From positions 1 through 64,000 of IMG/VR virus record IMGVR_UViG_3300005614_000040: 64,000 nucleotides of DNA; one strand, 5' to 3'. Shown here in pieces: positions 46,223 through 55,713 of this stretch (its first letter is position 1; every line of letters begins with the position of its first letter). The translations under genes and the position numbers were made by a program. Source of the DNA: a virus. The notes under the pieces are model-generated. The model saw only the letters and a list, made by a program, of their open reading frames with translations, made no database searches and had not been told where the DNA came from.

Positions 46223-46682
46223 AGTGCTCCAAAAGTGTGGCCATCGAATGAGAACCTTGGCCGTAAGTGTTTCCTGGGAAGCTTGCCCAGATGTTTGAGC
46301 AGGCTTCGATAGCGCCTTGGACGTTTCCAGCCAACACCATGTCAACGGCTCTGCGTTCGTCCATTTGTTGGATAGCCACGGCGTCTTGGGACGCGGGAGA
46401 GAAATCGGACAGACCTAATTTGAGCTTGTACGGTTCCCACCAACGGTAGAGGATTTGATACCTTCCGGACGCCGTTGAAAAGGTCGGGGGGGTTTGGCGG
46501 AACTGTATCGGCCTGCGATGGTATTGGGGGGCGAAGGGGTGATCGTCGTAATCCAGCATCCGGTGTGGACCGTCAATACCGCTGACAATGATGTCGTAAC
46601 CCCGGTCTTTAGTGATCGGACTTGTGCTGGTTCCCTCAGACCATGCAACCAAATCCAGAAACGCAACGAGTTTGGGGTCCAT
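46215..46682 (-). CDS. endolysin, lambda R-type lytic transglycosylase (GH104)
   Basis: Across the ORF, 'FLDLVAWSEGTS...GYDI...GRYQ...DFSP.SQDAVA...CSNIWASFPG..YGQ' lines up with phage lambda R lysozyme. Confidence 0.85.
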   Translation of the reverse strand: MDPKLVAFLDLVAWSEGTSTSPITKDRGYDIIVSGIDGPHRMLDYDDHPFAPQYHRRPIQFRQTPPTFSTASGRYQILYRWWEPYKLKLGLSDFSPASQDAVAIQQMDERRAVDMVLAGNVQGAIEACSNIWASFPGNTYGQGSHSMATLLEHYA

Positions 46683-48964
46683 TATTGAATTACCACGGTG
46701 CCGCTGAACACCACACTGGGACCAATGGTAGCGCCGCCCGCCGGGGGGTTAATCGTGTACGCCGCCGATGTAATGCTACTGTTGGTGAAACTTGGGCAGC
46801 CTTGAACTTGGGCATACACTGTTTCCGAGCTTGAAACTGTCAAGGGGTTGGTGGCGCTTACGCCTGTCAGATTTCCACCTGACTGTGCGTTGGTAGTGTT
46901 CCATACCAAGTACGCAGTGCAAGCCGAAGTCGCGGTCGAGAGAGTAACCGACTGCGCGCCCGCATACGTTCCTGCGACCGGAGAGAATGTAGGAGAGGAC
47001 GCAACGGGCGTACCGCTTGGTTCGTACGCACCAATCGTCGGTGGGTTCGGCCGAGGTTCACCTGCGTAGTCTACGGTGATACCAGAGATCGCTACACCCG
47101 CGCCTACGACGGAACTCGCTCCGCTGGCCGGAATCATGTTGCCGTATCCGTAGGGGTGCCAAGTCATGTCCGTCAACTGCGGGCTGACGCAGAGCGCACT
47201 TGACTCGCTGGCATTAGGACACGTCCAACTTCCGCGATATCCAAAGTAAGAGTTGTTTGTCCAACTCGCGCCGGGGTTGGTCGTCAGCGCGCTAAAATCC
47301 CCTGTGGTGAAAATGGGTGTGGGGTTTTGCGAGTTATCGGGGTTCAGAAACCCAACAAATATGTTGTTGTTGTATTGCAGAACATTGGTCGTACCATGAT
47401 CGCCCGTCGCATACTCGAACTCAAAGCCGATGTTTCCTGCCGTAAAGATGGTGTTGTCCTGAAACTTGGTCGGCGTCCCAGGGGACGTGGTTACCAGCAC
47501 AGGCACATTCCCGGCCCGGCAAGCGTTCGCCAGATCGTCTTGGGTGGGCACTGGACGGCCAGGGATAACATTCTGCAGGACAGCATAGCAGTTACCAACG
47601 ATCAAATTGTTGCGAACCGTTGTACCTCCGCCTCCCGCTTTAAACTGCTGACCCTCGTTTCCGTAGGCGAGCGTTCGTGTGATGGTAATAGTTGAACCCG
47701 CACCCGCGATGTGGAGTCCATCCAACCCGTCCTGCATGTTGTAGCTGACGATACCTTGGTCGAAAATAACATTCCACGGGCTGAGACTGTCGATAGAAGC
47801 TGTGCCCCAACCGTCTCCGTAGCCCCCCGTGCCTTGATCGCGGCAACTGAAATAAGGAACCGAATCAACGATGGGGTATTCTTCTGCGCAGCCGTTCCAG
47901 CTAATTTCCCAATTAGTCCAGGTGGTGTTTCCGATACCTGCGATTCCGGAACCGTTATCGGCGTTCCAACCAGAGTCTTGGTTGCCGAGAAGGGCGATGT
48001 CTGTCGCGGTCAGGTCTCCACCCGGAGGGCCATTAATTCCGTCTGACGCAACACCGTGAATCCGAATATCAGTTAGGGTGATGTGTGCGGTAGCGTTAGT
48101 TATCGTGATGCCGTTCTTGGCGAAATCGGAGATGACATTGCCACCTCCGTCTTTGCAGGCGACGGCTCCGTTTTGTAGACCACACGCCGAAAAGTCTGTC
48201 AAATCAAGACAGGCCACGTCTACGTACGTTGAGCCGTTCAAGCCCAACACCTGCCCTACTCCCCAACCACCATGAAGCTGAGTTCTGGCGTTTTGCGCCG
48301 TACACGACCCGAAGTTGCCGCCGAGGATGCGCGTATGCGCGCCAGATGTTCCGGAAGGCGGCGGGGGCATACCACTGCTGAACTGGTCGTGATATAAACC
48401 CCAGCAATTAGCACCATCCATTGTTAAGCAGTTGACGCTGTTCGGCCACCCGAGCCGATAACTCACATTGTCGGCGATTGAACCACGGATGATGTATGTG
48501 TCTCCGCCCGTCCCGATCCACCCCCAATTAGGGAAAGTCGAACCACCGTCAGCATACGCGCCGTCTTGGTATAACATTCGTGCGTCGTTGAACGCGCAGT
48601 GCTGGTTCACTGGGTACGTCGATCCACTTACGGTGTAGACGGCAGTGCCCCCCGTGCCCGAGACGATACCGCTGGTCGGCCAGGTAATTGCGGTGCCGGA
48701 CGTACCGCCCGAGGTGACTGTCGCATAGTGACCGTTCGGAACATACACTGTCGTTCCCAAGGTCTCAGCCACCGAGGGCTGCCAGTACTCGCCCGCCGTG
48801 GCTCCGCTGGCCGCGACATAGGATACGTCTGCGGTGCCGTCGCATTGGCCGTTGGTAATGTTGGTTGAATTGCGAGTGCCGCCGTCCGGCCGTACGTACC
48901 AGGTCGAAGCGAACGCCCCCGCAGAACAAATCCAGAATGTGAATAGAGTTAGAAATTTTTTCAT
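46682..48964 (-). CDS. secreted right-handed parallel beta-helix protein (tailspike/depolymerase-like) with Sec signal peptide
   Basis: An N-terminal signal peptide 'MKKFLTLFTFWICSAGAFAS' is present. Beta-helix repeat signatures include 'VRNNLIVGNCYAV' and 'YNNNIFVGF'. Confidence 0.65.
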   Translation of the reverse strand: MKKFLTLFTFWICSAGAFASTWYVRPDGGTRNSTNITNGQCDGTADVSYVAASGATAGEYWQPSVAETLGTTVYVPNGHYATVTSGGTSGTAITWPTSGIVSGTGGTAVYTVSGSTYPVNQHCAFNDARMLYQDGAYADGGSTFPNWGWIGTGGDTYIIRGSIADNVSYRLGWPNSVNCLTMDGANCWGLYHDQFSSGMPPPPSGTSGAHTRILGGNFGSCTAQNARTQLHGGWGVGQVLGLNGSTYVDVACLDLTDFSACGLQNGAVACKDGGGNVISDFAKNGITITNATAHITLTDIRIHGVASDGINGPPGGDLTATDIALLGNQDSGWNADNGSGIAGIGNTTWTNWEISWNGCAEEYPIVDSVPYFSCRDQGTGGYGDGWGTASIDSLSPWNVIFDQGIVSYNMQDGLDGLHIAGAGSTITITRTLAYGNEGQQFKAGGGGTTVRNNLIVGNCYAVLQNVIPGRPVPTQDDLANACRAGNVPVLVTTSPGTPTKFQDNTIFTAGNIGFEFEYATGDHGTTNVLQYNNNIFVGFLNPDNSQNPTPIFTTGDFSALTTNPGASWTNNSYFGYRGSWTCPNASESSALCVSPQLTDMTWHPYGYGNMIPASGASSVVGAGVAISGITVDYAGEPRPNPPTIGAYEPSGTPVASSPTFSPVAGTYAGAQSVTLSTATSACTAYLVWNTTNAQSGGNLTGVSATNPLTVSSSETVYAQVQGCPSFTNSSITSAAYTINPPAGGATIGPSVVFSGTVVIQ

Positions 48965-49257
48965 TGCTTTTTCGCCTGGCAAGTTAGGGTGGTCAGGTCC
49001 GGCGTCCCGTCAGCTTTCAACTTCGCGGCGGTGCAGCTAAACAGATATGTCGCGGGAGGTGGAGGAGGGATCGTGTACGCCGGGATTGTTATGGTCTTGG
49101 ACGGGCAGGTCTGCTGGGGGATGGTAAGTTTGGTCGCACCTTTGGGGATAGACAAAGTGTACGAAGGCGACACGCAGCCCGGGATCGTAAGAGTGACCGA
49201 AGGAATCGTCTGCGCGCTGGCTGATGCGCTTAAGAGTATGAGAAGAAGGATTCGCAT
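48961..49257 (-). CDS. small secreted protein
   Basis: It has the signal peptide 'MRILLLILLSASASAQ' and four Cys. Confidence 0.45.
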   Translation of the reverse strand: MRILLLILLSASASAQTIPSVTLTIPGCVSPSYTLSIPKGATKLTIPQQTCPSKTITIPAYTIPPPPPATYLFSCTAAKLKADGTPDLTTLTCQAKKQ

Positions 49258-51197
49258 TAGTATGTAACCCAGTTGGTTCCATTGCACATTACCGGGGCTA
49301 CGACCGCGCCGCCGCTGGCGTAGTTAGCGAGATAAGTGGGGCCTGTGGCATCGCTTACCACAGTGCGCGCACCCTTCAAACCAGACGTACAGGAAGGAAG
49401 GGCAGTGCCAGCCGCCGAGTAGATAGTGTAGGGAATGGTTATGCCGGAAGTTGTTTGGTTCGGGCCAAGATTGTTATTACCCCCGGCGATGTAAATCGCC
49501 CAATCGGTCGATCCCGTCCCTTGATTAGCCGCGTAGAACGCCGCATTTAGTTGCCCAAGCCCGGCTTGAGTCTCGGCATAAAATCCAGCGTTGATGACCG
49601 CATTTGCGGTTATACCCCAGTTGGTATTATTGGCGGCATAAACTGACGCAAGGCGGGGAACCGTCCCGTCATCTGTGCCGCTGGTTTCAAAGGTTCCTAT
49701 CTGGGCTGATCCTAGAACGCCTGTAACAAATTCGGACACAGTATTTCCTGCCCCCGGCGTGGAAACGCCAACTCCGACCACACCTACGCTGGATGATGTT
49801 GTTGTTCCTGTGCCCGTGCCCGTGGTAAAAGAGGTTCCACTTATAGCCTGTGATCTTTGAATTGTGCTGGTGTTGGTAAATTCAGAGTACACTGAAAATG
49901 AGTTACTGCCAGCAGTGGCTCCATCGGACTTAGACACTAAAACACTATTGTCGTTTAGATTTATCAAATCTTGCATAGTCTGAGACAGTGTGCTTTCTTG
50001 TGGCCCGATATTTAGCGGTCCCACGACCGTATAGCCACCGGGAAGAGGGACTTGTGGAGTACCATCTAGAGCGAGTATGCCTGTAGAGGTGTTGTAGGTA
50101 AAATTAGCGTTGCCCGTGAAAACTCCACCTTGATTCGTCTGGACGCTCTTGTCGGGCGACCCAGGCAAGCCCCCGCAAATTGCGTTTGTCGCCGTGCAAA
50201 TCCGGGCGGCAGCGGCGTTGTTCTCAGATAACAATCCATTGCCTGTGGAATCTACCCCAAAGACACCGCTCCCGGCCGCAGGTACAATCGGTGTGGAATT
50301 ATAGGTCAACTTTATTTGGGACGCGCCGGGGGCGTTGATGGCAAGAGGATGAGTAAGAGTTGAAGTAGTGCCGTCGTCGCAGAAAGGAAGGCTGCTCGTG
50401 CTAGTCGTCACCGACGCGGCTTTCAGCGCGCAGTTGATCGTTTGTCCAGAAATACCACCCGAACACGAAAACACCCCGGCAATAACAGTGCAGGTTATGT
50501 TATCCGGCTTCAGTACGCCGAAGGTCGAGGTGGTGGCTTGAGGCAGGAAGTTAACCGGAATCGGGTTGCCCGCGTTGTAACTGGACGACCAGGATGTTCC
50601 CGTTGAATTACCAATACCCGCGCCAGGAAAACCCGCCGAAGACGCACTGATGGTGAGTGTGCTCCCAGAAGGAGTCAAGGTAACGTTCGACCCAGCGGCC
50701 AATGTCCAATAGGTAGGCGCGGCCGATGATCCACTAAAATTTGCCAAAAAAGTGTTGTTGGCTTGCGGCGTTAGAGTAAATGTGAGCGCCGGGGTGGACG
50801 TAGGGTTAGCGACGTTCGTAGTGAACAAAGGGCCGCCCGTGCCTGCGCTGAATGAAGTCACCGAACCGCTTCCGCCCCCGGTCCCGCCTCCCAGCGATAT
50901 CTGAAAAGACGCACCGTTCTGCTGCTCGACATAGGTTCCGGTTGCGGCGTAGTAACTGAAATAACCGTTGGCGTTCGCGTAGAAAGGGTAGCCGATTGGC
51001 TGCGTCAGCGCCGGGTCGGAAAAGATCGTGACCGGAACATTGCATTGCAGTTGGTCGTTGTACTCGCAAAGTGTTACCGGGGCGAACGGAATCGTCTTGA
51101 GGTAACCTGCAGCATTCTGTACGACGTAGCTCGACCGTTGCGGGTTCTGAGCGAACGCGCTGGCCGCAATGAAAATCAGCAGGAGGAGTTTCTTCAT
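49257..51197 (-). CDS. secreted Gly/Thr/Ser-rich fiber-like protein, paralog A
   Basis: It has the signal peptide 'MKKLLLLIFIAASAFAQNP'. The N-terminal ~190 aa are paralogous to 51197-52798. Confidence 0.6.
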   Translation of the reverse strand: MKKLLLLIFIAASAFAQNPQRSSYVVQNAAGYLKTIPFAPVTLCEYNDQLQCNVPVTIFSDPALTQPIGYPFYANANGYFSYYAATGTYVEQQNGASFQISLGGGTGGGSGSVTSFSAGTGGPLFTTNVANPTSTPALTFTLTPQANNTFLANFSGSSAAPTYWTLAAGSNVTLTPSGSTLTISASSAGFPGAGIGNSTGTSWSSSYNAGNPIPVNFLPQATTSTFGVLKPDNITCTVIAGVFSCSGGISGQTINCALKAASVTTSTSSLPFCDDGTTSTLTHPLAINAPGASQIKLTYNSTPIVPAAGSGVFGVDSTGNGLLSENNAAAARICTATNAICGGLPGSPDKSVQTNQGGVFTGNANFTYNTSTGILALDGTPQVPLPGGYTVVGPLNIGPQESTLSQTMQDLINLNDNSVLVSKSDGATAGSNSFSVYSEFTNTSTIQRSQAISGTSFTTGTGTGTTTSSSVGVVGVGVSTPGAGNTVSEFVTGVLGSAQIGTFETSGTDDGTVPRLASVYAANNTNWGITANAVINAGFYAETQAGLGQLNAAFYAANQGTGSTDWAIYIAGGNNNLGPNQTTSGITIPYTIYSAAGTALPSCTSGLKGARTVVSDATGPTYLANYASGGAVVAPVMCNGTNWVTY

Positions 51198-52798
51198 TAG
51201 ATAACCACGAGGTTGAACGTTCCAGCTACCAGGGTCACGGTGCCCACCCACGAGTTGCAAAACGCAACCGTTACCGTCGAGCCTGAAATTGTTGAAATTG
51301 TAGGAGCAAGTTCACCCGTTGTGCTCGACCCTTGGTCTACGCTCAGAACTACGACGTGCCCGGCAGGAACCGGGGCACTCATCGTAGCGCTCTGGGTGTA
51401 GCAGGTGTTCGATCCTACGCTTTGCGAAGAAATAACCAAGGTTCCTGTGATGGAGGTTGGCGCATAGCAAGGCACGCCCGTGCCGCTCAAGGTGCCGCTG
51501 GGGTCAGCTTGAACGCATTGAGTCCCCCCAGAGACCAGTGCGCTGTCCGTTACAGTCGGGACAGTTACCGGGCCGCTAAAACTAGACGTAAAGGTTGGAC
51601 CGCAGCCAATGGACTCTCTGACTGCCGCAGTGTTATCAGTTCCGTAGAAGTCGCAGTAGCCCGCCGCTACGTTTGCGTTCAAAATCGTTTGAGCGTAATA
51701 ACCATACTGGCTGGTGGAAGTAGATGGATCACCAGCTTCGGACGAATAGAACCCGTAGTAATGGGCCGCCGTGCCGCTGCTAGGACTCCCAGCGTAAAAA
51801 CCGTAGAGAGACCCCGCGCCTGTGTTGGCACCGCTCATCTGGCTCTCGAAGCTGATTCCGTTTTTTCCTGTGCGGGTTACGGAGGTGTTGACAAACATCG
51901 GAACAATACCCGTAGCGATTCCAGCGTAGGAACTATCGCTAACGTTTAAGTCGATTCCTCCGGTGGGGCCGTCTGCACCGTTGCTGTGCTCAACTAAGTG
52001 GTCTCCAGTCATCAGCCAGTAGTTATGGTTCGTGTCCGTATTGCCGTCCACCAATAAGTTCGCGCCTGTATCAAACTCCAGCGTGGCGTTGTCGTTGATA
52101 TCGATGGTTCCGAGGCCCCAAGACGGGTCGTTCACAACGAACCATGATTGGCCTGCGAACGTGTTGAGCGGGTCGTTATATTGGACGGAGTAACGAGGCG
52201 CGCCGGGAGTTCCACCCCCTGGTGCTGCACTGATCGTCAACGTGCTGCCGGAAGGCGTAAGGGTGATGTTTGACCCGGCCGCCAACGTCCAGTAAGAAGG
52301 CAGGCCGGACGACCCCGAAAAGTTAGCCAGGAAGGTGTTGTTGGCCGTTGAGCTAAGGTTAAAAGTCAACGCGGGTGTAGTCGTCGGGTTGGCAACGGAC
52401 GTGGTAAATAGAGGCGTTAGGTTGCCCGCACTGAAATTGGTCACGGTGCCAGTTCCGGCCGCCCCTCCGGTCAGTGTGATCTTGAAGTATGTGCAAGTGG
52501 ACGCCGGGACGCATTGCCGTTCGACGTAGGTTCCAGCTAACACGTAATAATAGAAATACCCATTGCCGTCCGCATAGTACGGATAGGCAATAGGTTGGGT
52601 GAGGGCGGGATCAGTAAAAATCGTCACCGGGGTGTTACATTGGAGTTGCGCATTGTACGTGCAAACTGTGATAACGGCGTGCGGAACAACCTTGGCGTAG
52701 TTCGCGTTGTTGACGATAGCGTAACTCGTGCGCTGCGGATTTTGGGCCGCAGCGACCGAGGCGAGAGCAAAGAACACAAATTGGATCAACTTTTTCAT
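51197..52798 (-). CDS. secreted Gly/Thr/Ser-rich fiber-like protein, paralog B
   Basis: It has the signal peptide 'MKKLIQFVFFALASVAAAQNP'. Shared N-terminal blocks include 'QLQCN.PVTIF.DPALTQPI.YP.YA..NGYF.YY...GTYVE'. Confidence 0.6.
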   Translation of the reverse strand: MKKLIQFVFFALASVAAAQNPQRTSYAIVNNANYAKVVPHAVITVCTYNAQLQCNTPVTIFTDPALTQPIAYPYYADGNGYFYYYVLAGTYVERQCVPASTCTYFKITLTGGAAGTGTVTNFSAGNLTPLFTTSVANPTTTPALTFNLSSTANNTFLANFSGSSGLPSYWTLAAGSNITLTPSGSTLTISAAPGGGTPGAPRYSVQYNDPLNTFAGQSWFVVNDPSWGLGTIDINDNATLEFDTGANLLVDGNTDTNHNYWLMTGDHLVEHSNGADGPTGGIDLNVSDSSYAGIATGIVPMFVNTSVTRTGKNGISFESQMSGANTGAGSLYGFYAGSPSSGTAAHYYGFYSSEAGDPSTSTSQYGYYAQTILNANVAAGYCDFYGTDNTAAVRESIGCGPTFTSSFSGPVTVPTVTDSALVSGGTQCVQADPSGTLSGTGVPCYAPTSITGTLVISSQSVGSNTCYTQSATMSAPVPAGHVVVLSVDQGSSTTGELAPTISTISGSTVTVAFCNSWVGTVTLVAGTFNLVVI

Positions 52799-54811
52799 TT
52801 ATTCGATGCTCGATGCTTCCCCGTCAGACTTGTTGGTGATGGTGCCTTGAGTGTTCGATTGATCGCTGGTGAGACCGCTCGGTTTGCCGTTTCCGTTTCC
52901 GGTAAGGGCTGCCGGGGTGCCGGGCTGGGTTGCGTACCCGGCTGGCCGCGTTCCAGTCTGATCTTGCGTTATTTGCCAAGGGTTCTGCGGTTGAAGCGGC
53001 GGCGAAGGAGGGGGAAGAGGAGTTGAGTTGACGAACTGATCGCCATCCAGGAGGTAAATCGCGCCCCACGGGGTAGCAAACAACAGCGCCGACCAAGTTT
53101 CGTTTTCGACAACGACCCCGACAAACTCGGAATCTTCCGCTATGCGGGGGGTTTGATAAAGCGCCCAAGGAGACGGAGCAAACCAAGGTTCTTCATCGAA
53201 GCCGAGGGCCGCAAAGTCGTTCTGTTCAAATTGGTCCTGACGGGGCCATGTGAACGACGCCGAGAGCGGTGGATAAGTCGCCCAGTAGTCTTCTAAAACA
53301 AAGGGTGCTACAAAATCTTCGTCAACAACACGGTAGCTGGCGTTAACTCCGAAGACCGTCGAGACGGGTTGCGGCCAATAGTCTTCGTCAACTATTGTCG
53401 CTACTGGCGCAGGAACAAATTCAGAATCGACGACCGCAAGGCTTACATTCTGCCCGAGGGCCGTGATTACAAACTGTGGCCAATAGTCTTCGTCCAATCG
53501 GGCGAAGACTTCGTCTTGGGTGAACCACGGTTGCGGAACAACGAACGCCGCGACCGGGATCGTTGGATTGATCCAAAAATCTTCGTCGATGAAGGCCGGG
53601 GCGTAGTCCGGATCAACGAACGATAGAACAAGCTGGCTGGCCGGAACCGGAGGTACGGGGTTTTGCCAGTATTCCTCGACCGGAACTCCGTAGAGGCTTC
53701 CGGCTGGAAGTTCTTCAGGGTCTCCGAGCGGAAGCCTCTGATATACCGAAGCTGCGACGGGCGCGGTTGGATTGGCCCAGAAGTCTTCGTCAAGACAGCG
53801 CGTCGCCTGTTCGTTCTGCTCGAACTGGAACGGCTGCGGCCAGAGCAGGGTCGCGGATACAGGGGCGACCGGATTAATCCAGTAGTCCTCGTCAGGCTGG
53901 CCGAACAGCGAACCCGCAGGAATTTCTTCTGGATCACCTAGCGGTAATCTCTGAAAGAAACTTGCAACTACCGGGGCTACCGGGTTCTGCCAGTAGTCCT
54001 CGTCAGGTGAAACGAACTTGACTAGACTCCCCGCCGGGTCGTCCTGGTGGCCGTTGGCGACCGTTTGGCCGATGGAGCCTGTAAGCAGCGCCGCAGCCAA
54101 TGTGGTAGCAACCGCAATCTGCGTACCAAAGCTACCACACACCCGTCCCCACCAACCGTCTTCATCCGGTGTGAAGGTTATGGCTGGCTTTAAAGCAAGA
54201 AGGAAGGCGGCGTTCGCACCCGCCGAACCTCCCTCGGTGTTCGAACTTACTCCTGTCGCTCCAGCGGTCGATTGCAGCCCATACGAAAGCTGTATAGCAA
54301 TGAAGCTGCCCGTAGAGTCGCTGGCAGCGTCAGCGAGAGTCCCTGACGGGTTTGTAGCTACCTTAGCCGCAGAGAGTGGCCCGGCAGATGCGGGCGCGCC
54401 AAAACCCGCGACTACCATGTTACCGTTGCTTACCGGGATGATAGACGTGGTTCCGGTGGTGCCAGAGGCGTTGGACCGAGCACTTACTGTGGTGTCAAGA
54501 ACAGTCGAATCGACACCAATGTATCCACCGATGACACCCTTACTGTGGGAAGTAAGACCCGTAAACGTCCAAGACGTGCCCGTCAACCCACCTTGGCCGA
54601 CTACCGCCGTGAAAACTTGGAGGCGACCACCGGAACTAGCGGTGCCACCTTGTCGCGTCCAACCAGTGGGGGCCGCGCTAGTTCCAGACGTAGCAAGGTC
54701 AGCAACCAAAGCAACGAGTACGTCGTTGGTGGCCGTGCCCGCAGGTTGTGCGAGCGTTACGCTCGTTGTTCCTGAAGCAACGGTCCCCGCCGCCCGAAAC
54801 GTGATCGCCAT
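52799..54811 (-). CDS. structural protein with tandem 'DEDYW-NP-PV' peptide repeats
   Basis: At least 10 degenerate repeats are read, e.g. 'PDEDYWQNPVAPVVAS', 'PDEDYWINPVAPVSAT', 'LDEDFWANPTAPVAAS', 'IDEDFWINPTIPVAAF'. The N-terminal domain is Thr/Gly-rich. Confidence 0.6.
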   Translation of the reverse strand: MAITFRAAGTVASGTTSVTLAQPAGTATNDVLVALVADLATSGTSAAPTGWTRQGGTASSGGRLQVFTAVVGQGGLTGTSWTFTGLTSHSKGVIGGYIGVDSTVLDTTVSARSNASGTTGTTSIIPVSNGNMVVAGFGAPASAGPLSAAKVATNPSGTLADAASDSTGSFIAIQLSYGLQSTAGATGVSSNTEGGSAGANAAFLLALKPAITFTPDEDGWWGRVCGSFGTQIAVATTLAAALLTGSIGQTVANGHQDDPAGSLVKFVSPDEDYWQNPVAPVVASFFQRLPLGDPEEIPAGSLFGQPDEDYWINPVAPVSATLLWPQPFQFEQNEQATRCLDEDFWANPTAPVAASVYQRLPLGDPEELPAGSLYGVPVEEYWQNPVPPVPASQLVLSFVDPDYAPAFIDEDFWINPTIPVAAFVVPQPWFTQDEVFARLDEDYWPQFVITALGQNVSLAVVDSEFVPAPVATIVDEDYWPQPVSTVFGVNASYRVVDEDFVAPFVLEDYWATYPPLSASFTWPRQDQFEQNDFAALGFDEEPWFAPSPWALYQTPRIAEDSEFVGVVVENETWSALLFATPWGAIYLLDGDQFVNSTPLPPPSPPLQPQNPWQITQDQTGTRPAGYATQPGTPAALTGNGNGKPSGLTSDQSNTQGTITNKSDGEASSIE
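53050..53990 (-). repeat. degenerate tandem DNA repeats encoding the DEDYW motif array
   Basis: Recurring 'ccagtagtcctcgtc' and 'ccaatagtcttcgtc' blocks are seen on the + strand. Confidence 0.5.
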
Positions 54812-54849
54812 GATCGCCTTAGCTTAAAGGGGGATTGCTCCCCCTGTCG

Positions 54850-55338
54850 TTACTCTTGGTGCTCGACCGAGAATTCGTAGTTGAGCGATGCGGTTCCGGA
54901 CGCCACGACTAGTTCCACCGAAGGCTGTGTGGCCGCCGAGGTGACGTAGATCATGGAGTCAGGGTTTGGGGCTACCCAACCGCCCGGGCCTGCGGCTCCG
55001 CAGCCGAAGACGACGTGGTTGGTACGACCCGTGGATGAAGTGGTTCCACCCGTCGCAGCCGTCGCGGTTGACGCCTGCATACCTGCGTCCTTGGGGCTAG
55101 GGGTGGTAGCCGTGCCGGACGTAGACGCCGTGGTGCAGCGAATGATACGACCAACGATGCCGCTGATCGCCGTGAGGCCAGCACCTTTACCAATCAGGTA
55201 GGCTGCTTGCAACATGATGTTTCTCGCGGGCACCGCAGACGCGGGCTTGAGGTAGATGGCGCTGGTTTCGGTGTTAGGCGTACCGGAGCACGCACTGTTT
55301 CCCGGGGTCGCCAGAGAACTCGTATAACACATTGGCAT
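54850..55338 (-). CDS. virion structural protein (Thr/Ala/Gly-rich)
   Basis: The ORF is 162 aa. Confidence 0.45.
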   Translation of the reverse strand: MPMCYTSSLATPGNSACSGTPNTETSAIYLKPASAVPARNIMLQAAYLIGKGAGLTAISGIVGRIIRCTTASTSGTATTPSPKDAGMQASTATAATGGTTSSTGRTNHVVFGCGAAGPGGWVAPNPDSMIYVTSAATQPSVELVVASGTASLNYEFSVEHQE

Positions 55339-55350
55339 AATTTTTCTCCG

Positions 55351-55713
55351 TTACATCATTTTGGTTCGATTGAAGTCTGCTCTTTCTTTGCTTAGCTTCA
55401 CCAGCGCAGAGTTCTCATCCTTCAAAACTTCTACAATCTCCTCGGGGGTCAACTCGCGGCCGTAGGTGGCGAGTTGTTCTTCCCGAACTCTTTGCCAGAA
55501 AACCTCATCCGGAACCAACAGCGTGTCGGCCAAGGGTTGCCACTTCTCTGCACATGGAACGCAAAGATAAAACGCAAAGTTGCAATTCTCTTCAGGAACC
55601 ATTCCGCCATCGCTGCCGCAGTTGGCACAATAGATCGGCACCCAGTTGATGCCGTTGAGGTAGGTTATCCGCTTCTGGACTTTGGGACGGGAATCTGGAA
55701 GGATATTCTGCAT
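55351..55713 (-). CDS. Zn-ribbon protein
   Basis: It contains 'CANCGSDGG...CVPCAEKW'. Confidence 0.45.
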   Translation of the reverse strand: MQNILPDSRPKVQKRITYLNGINWVPIYCANCGSDGGMVPEENCNFAFYLCVPCAEKWQPLADTLLVPDEVFWQRVREEQLATYGRELTPEEIVEVLKDENSALVKLSKERADFNRTKMM

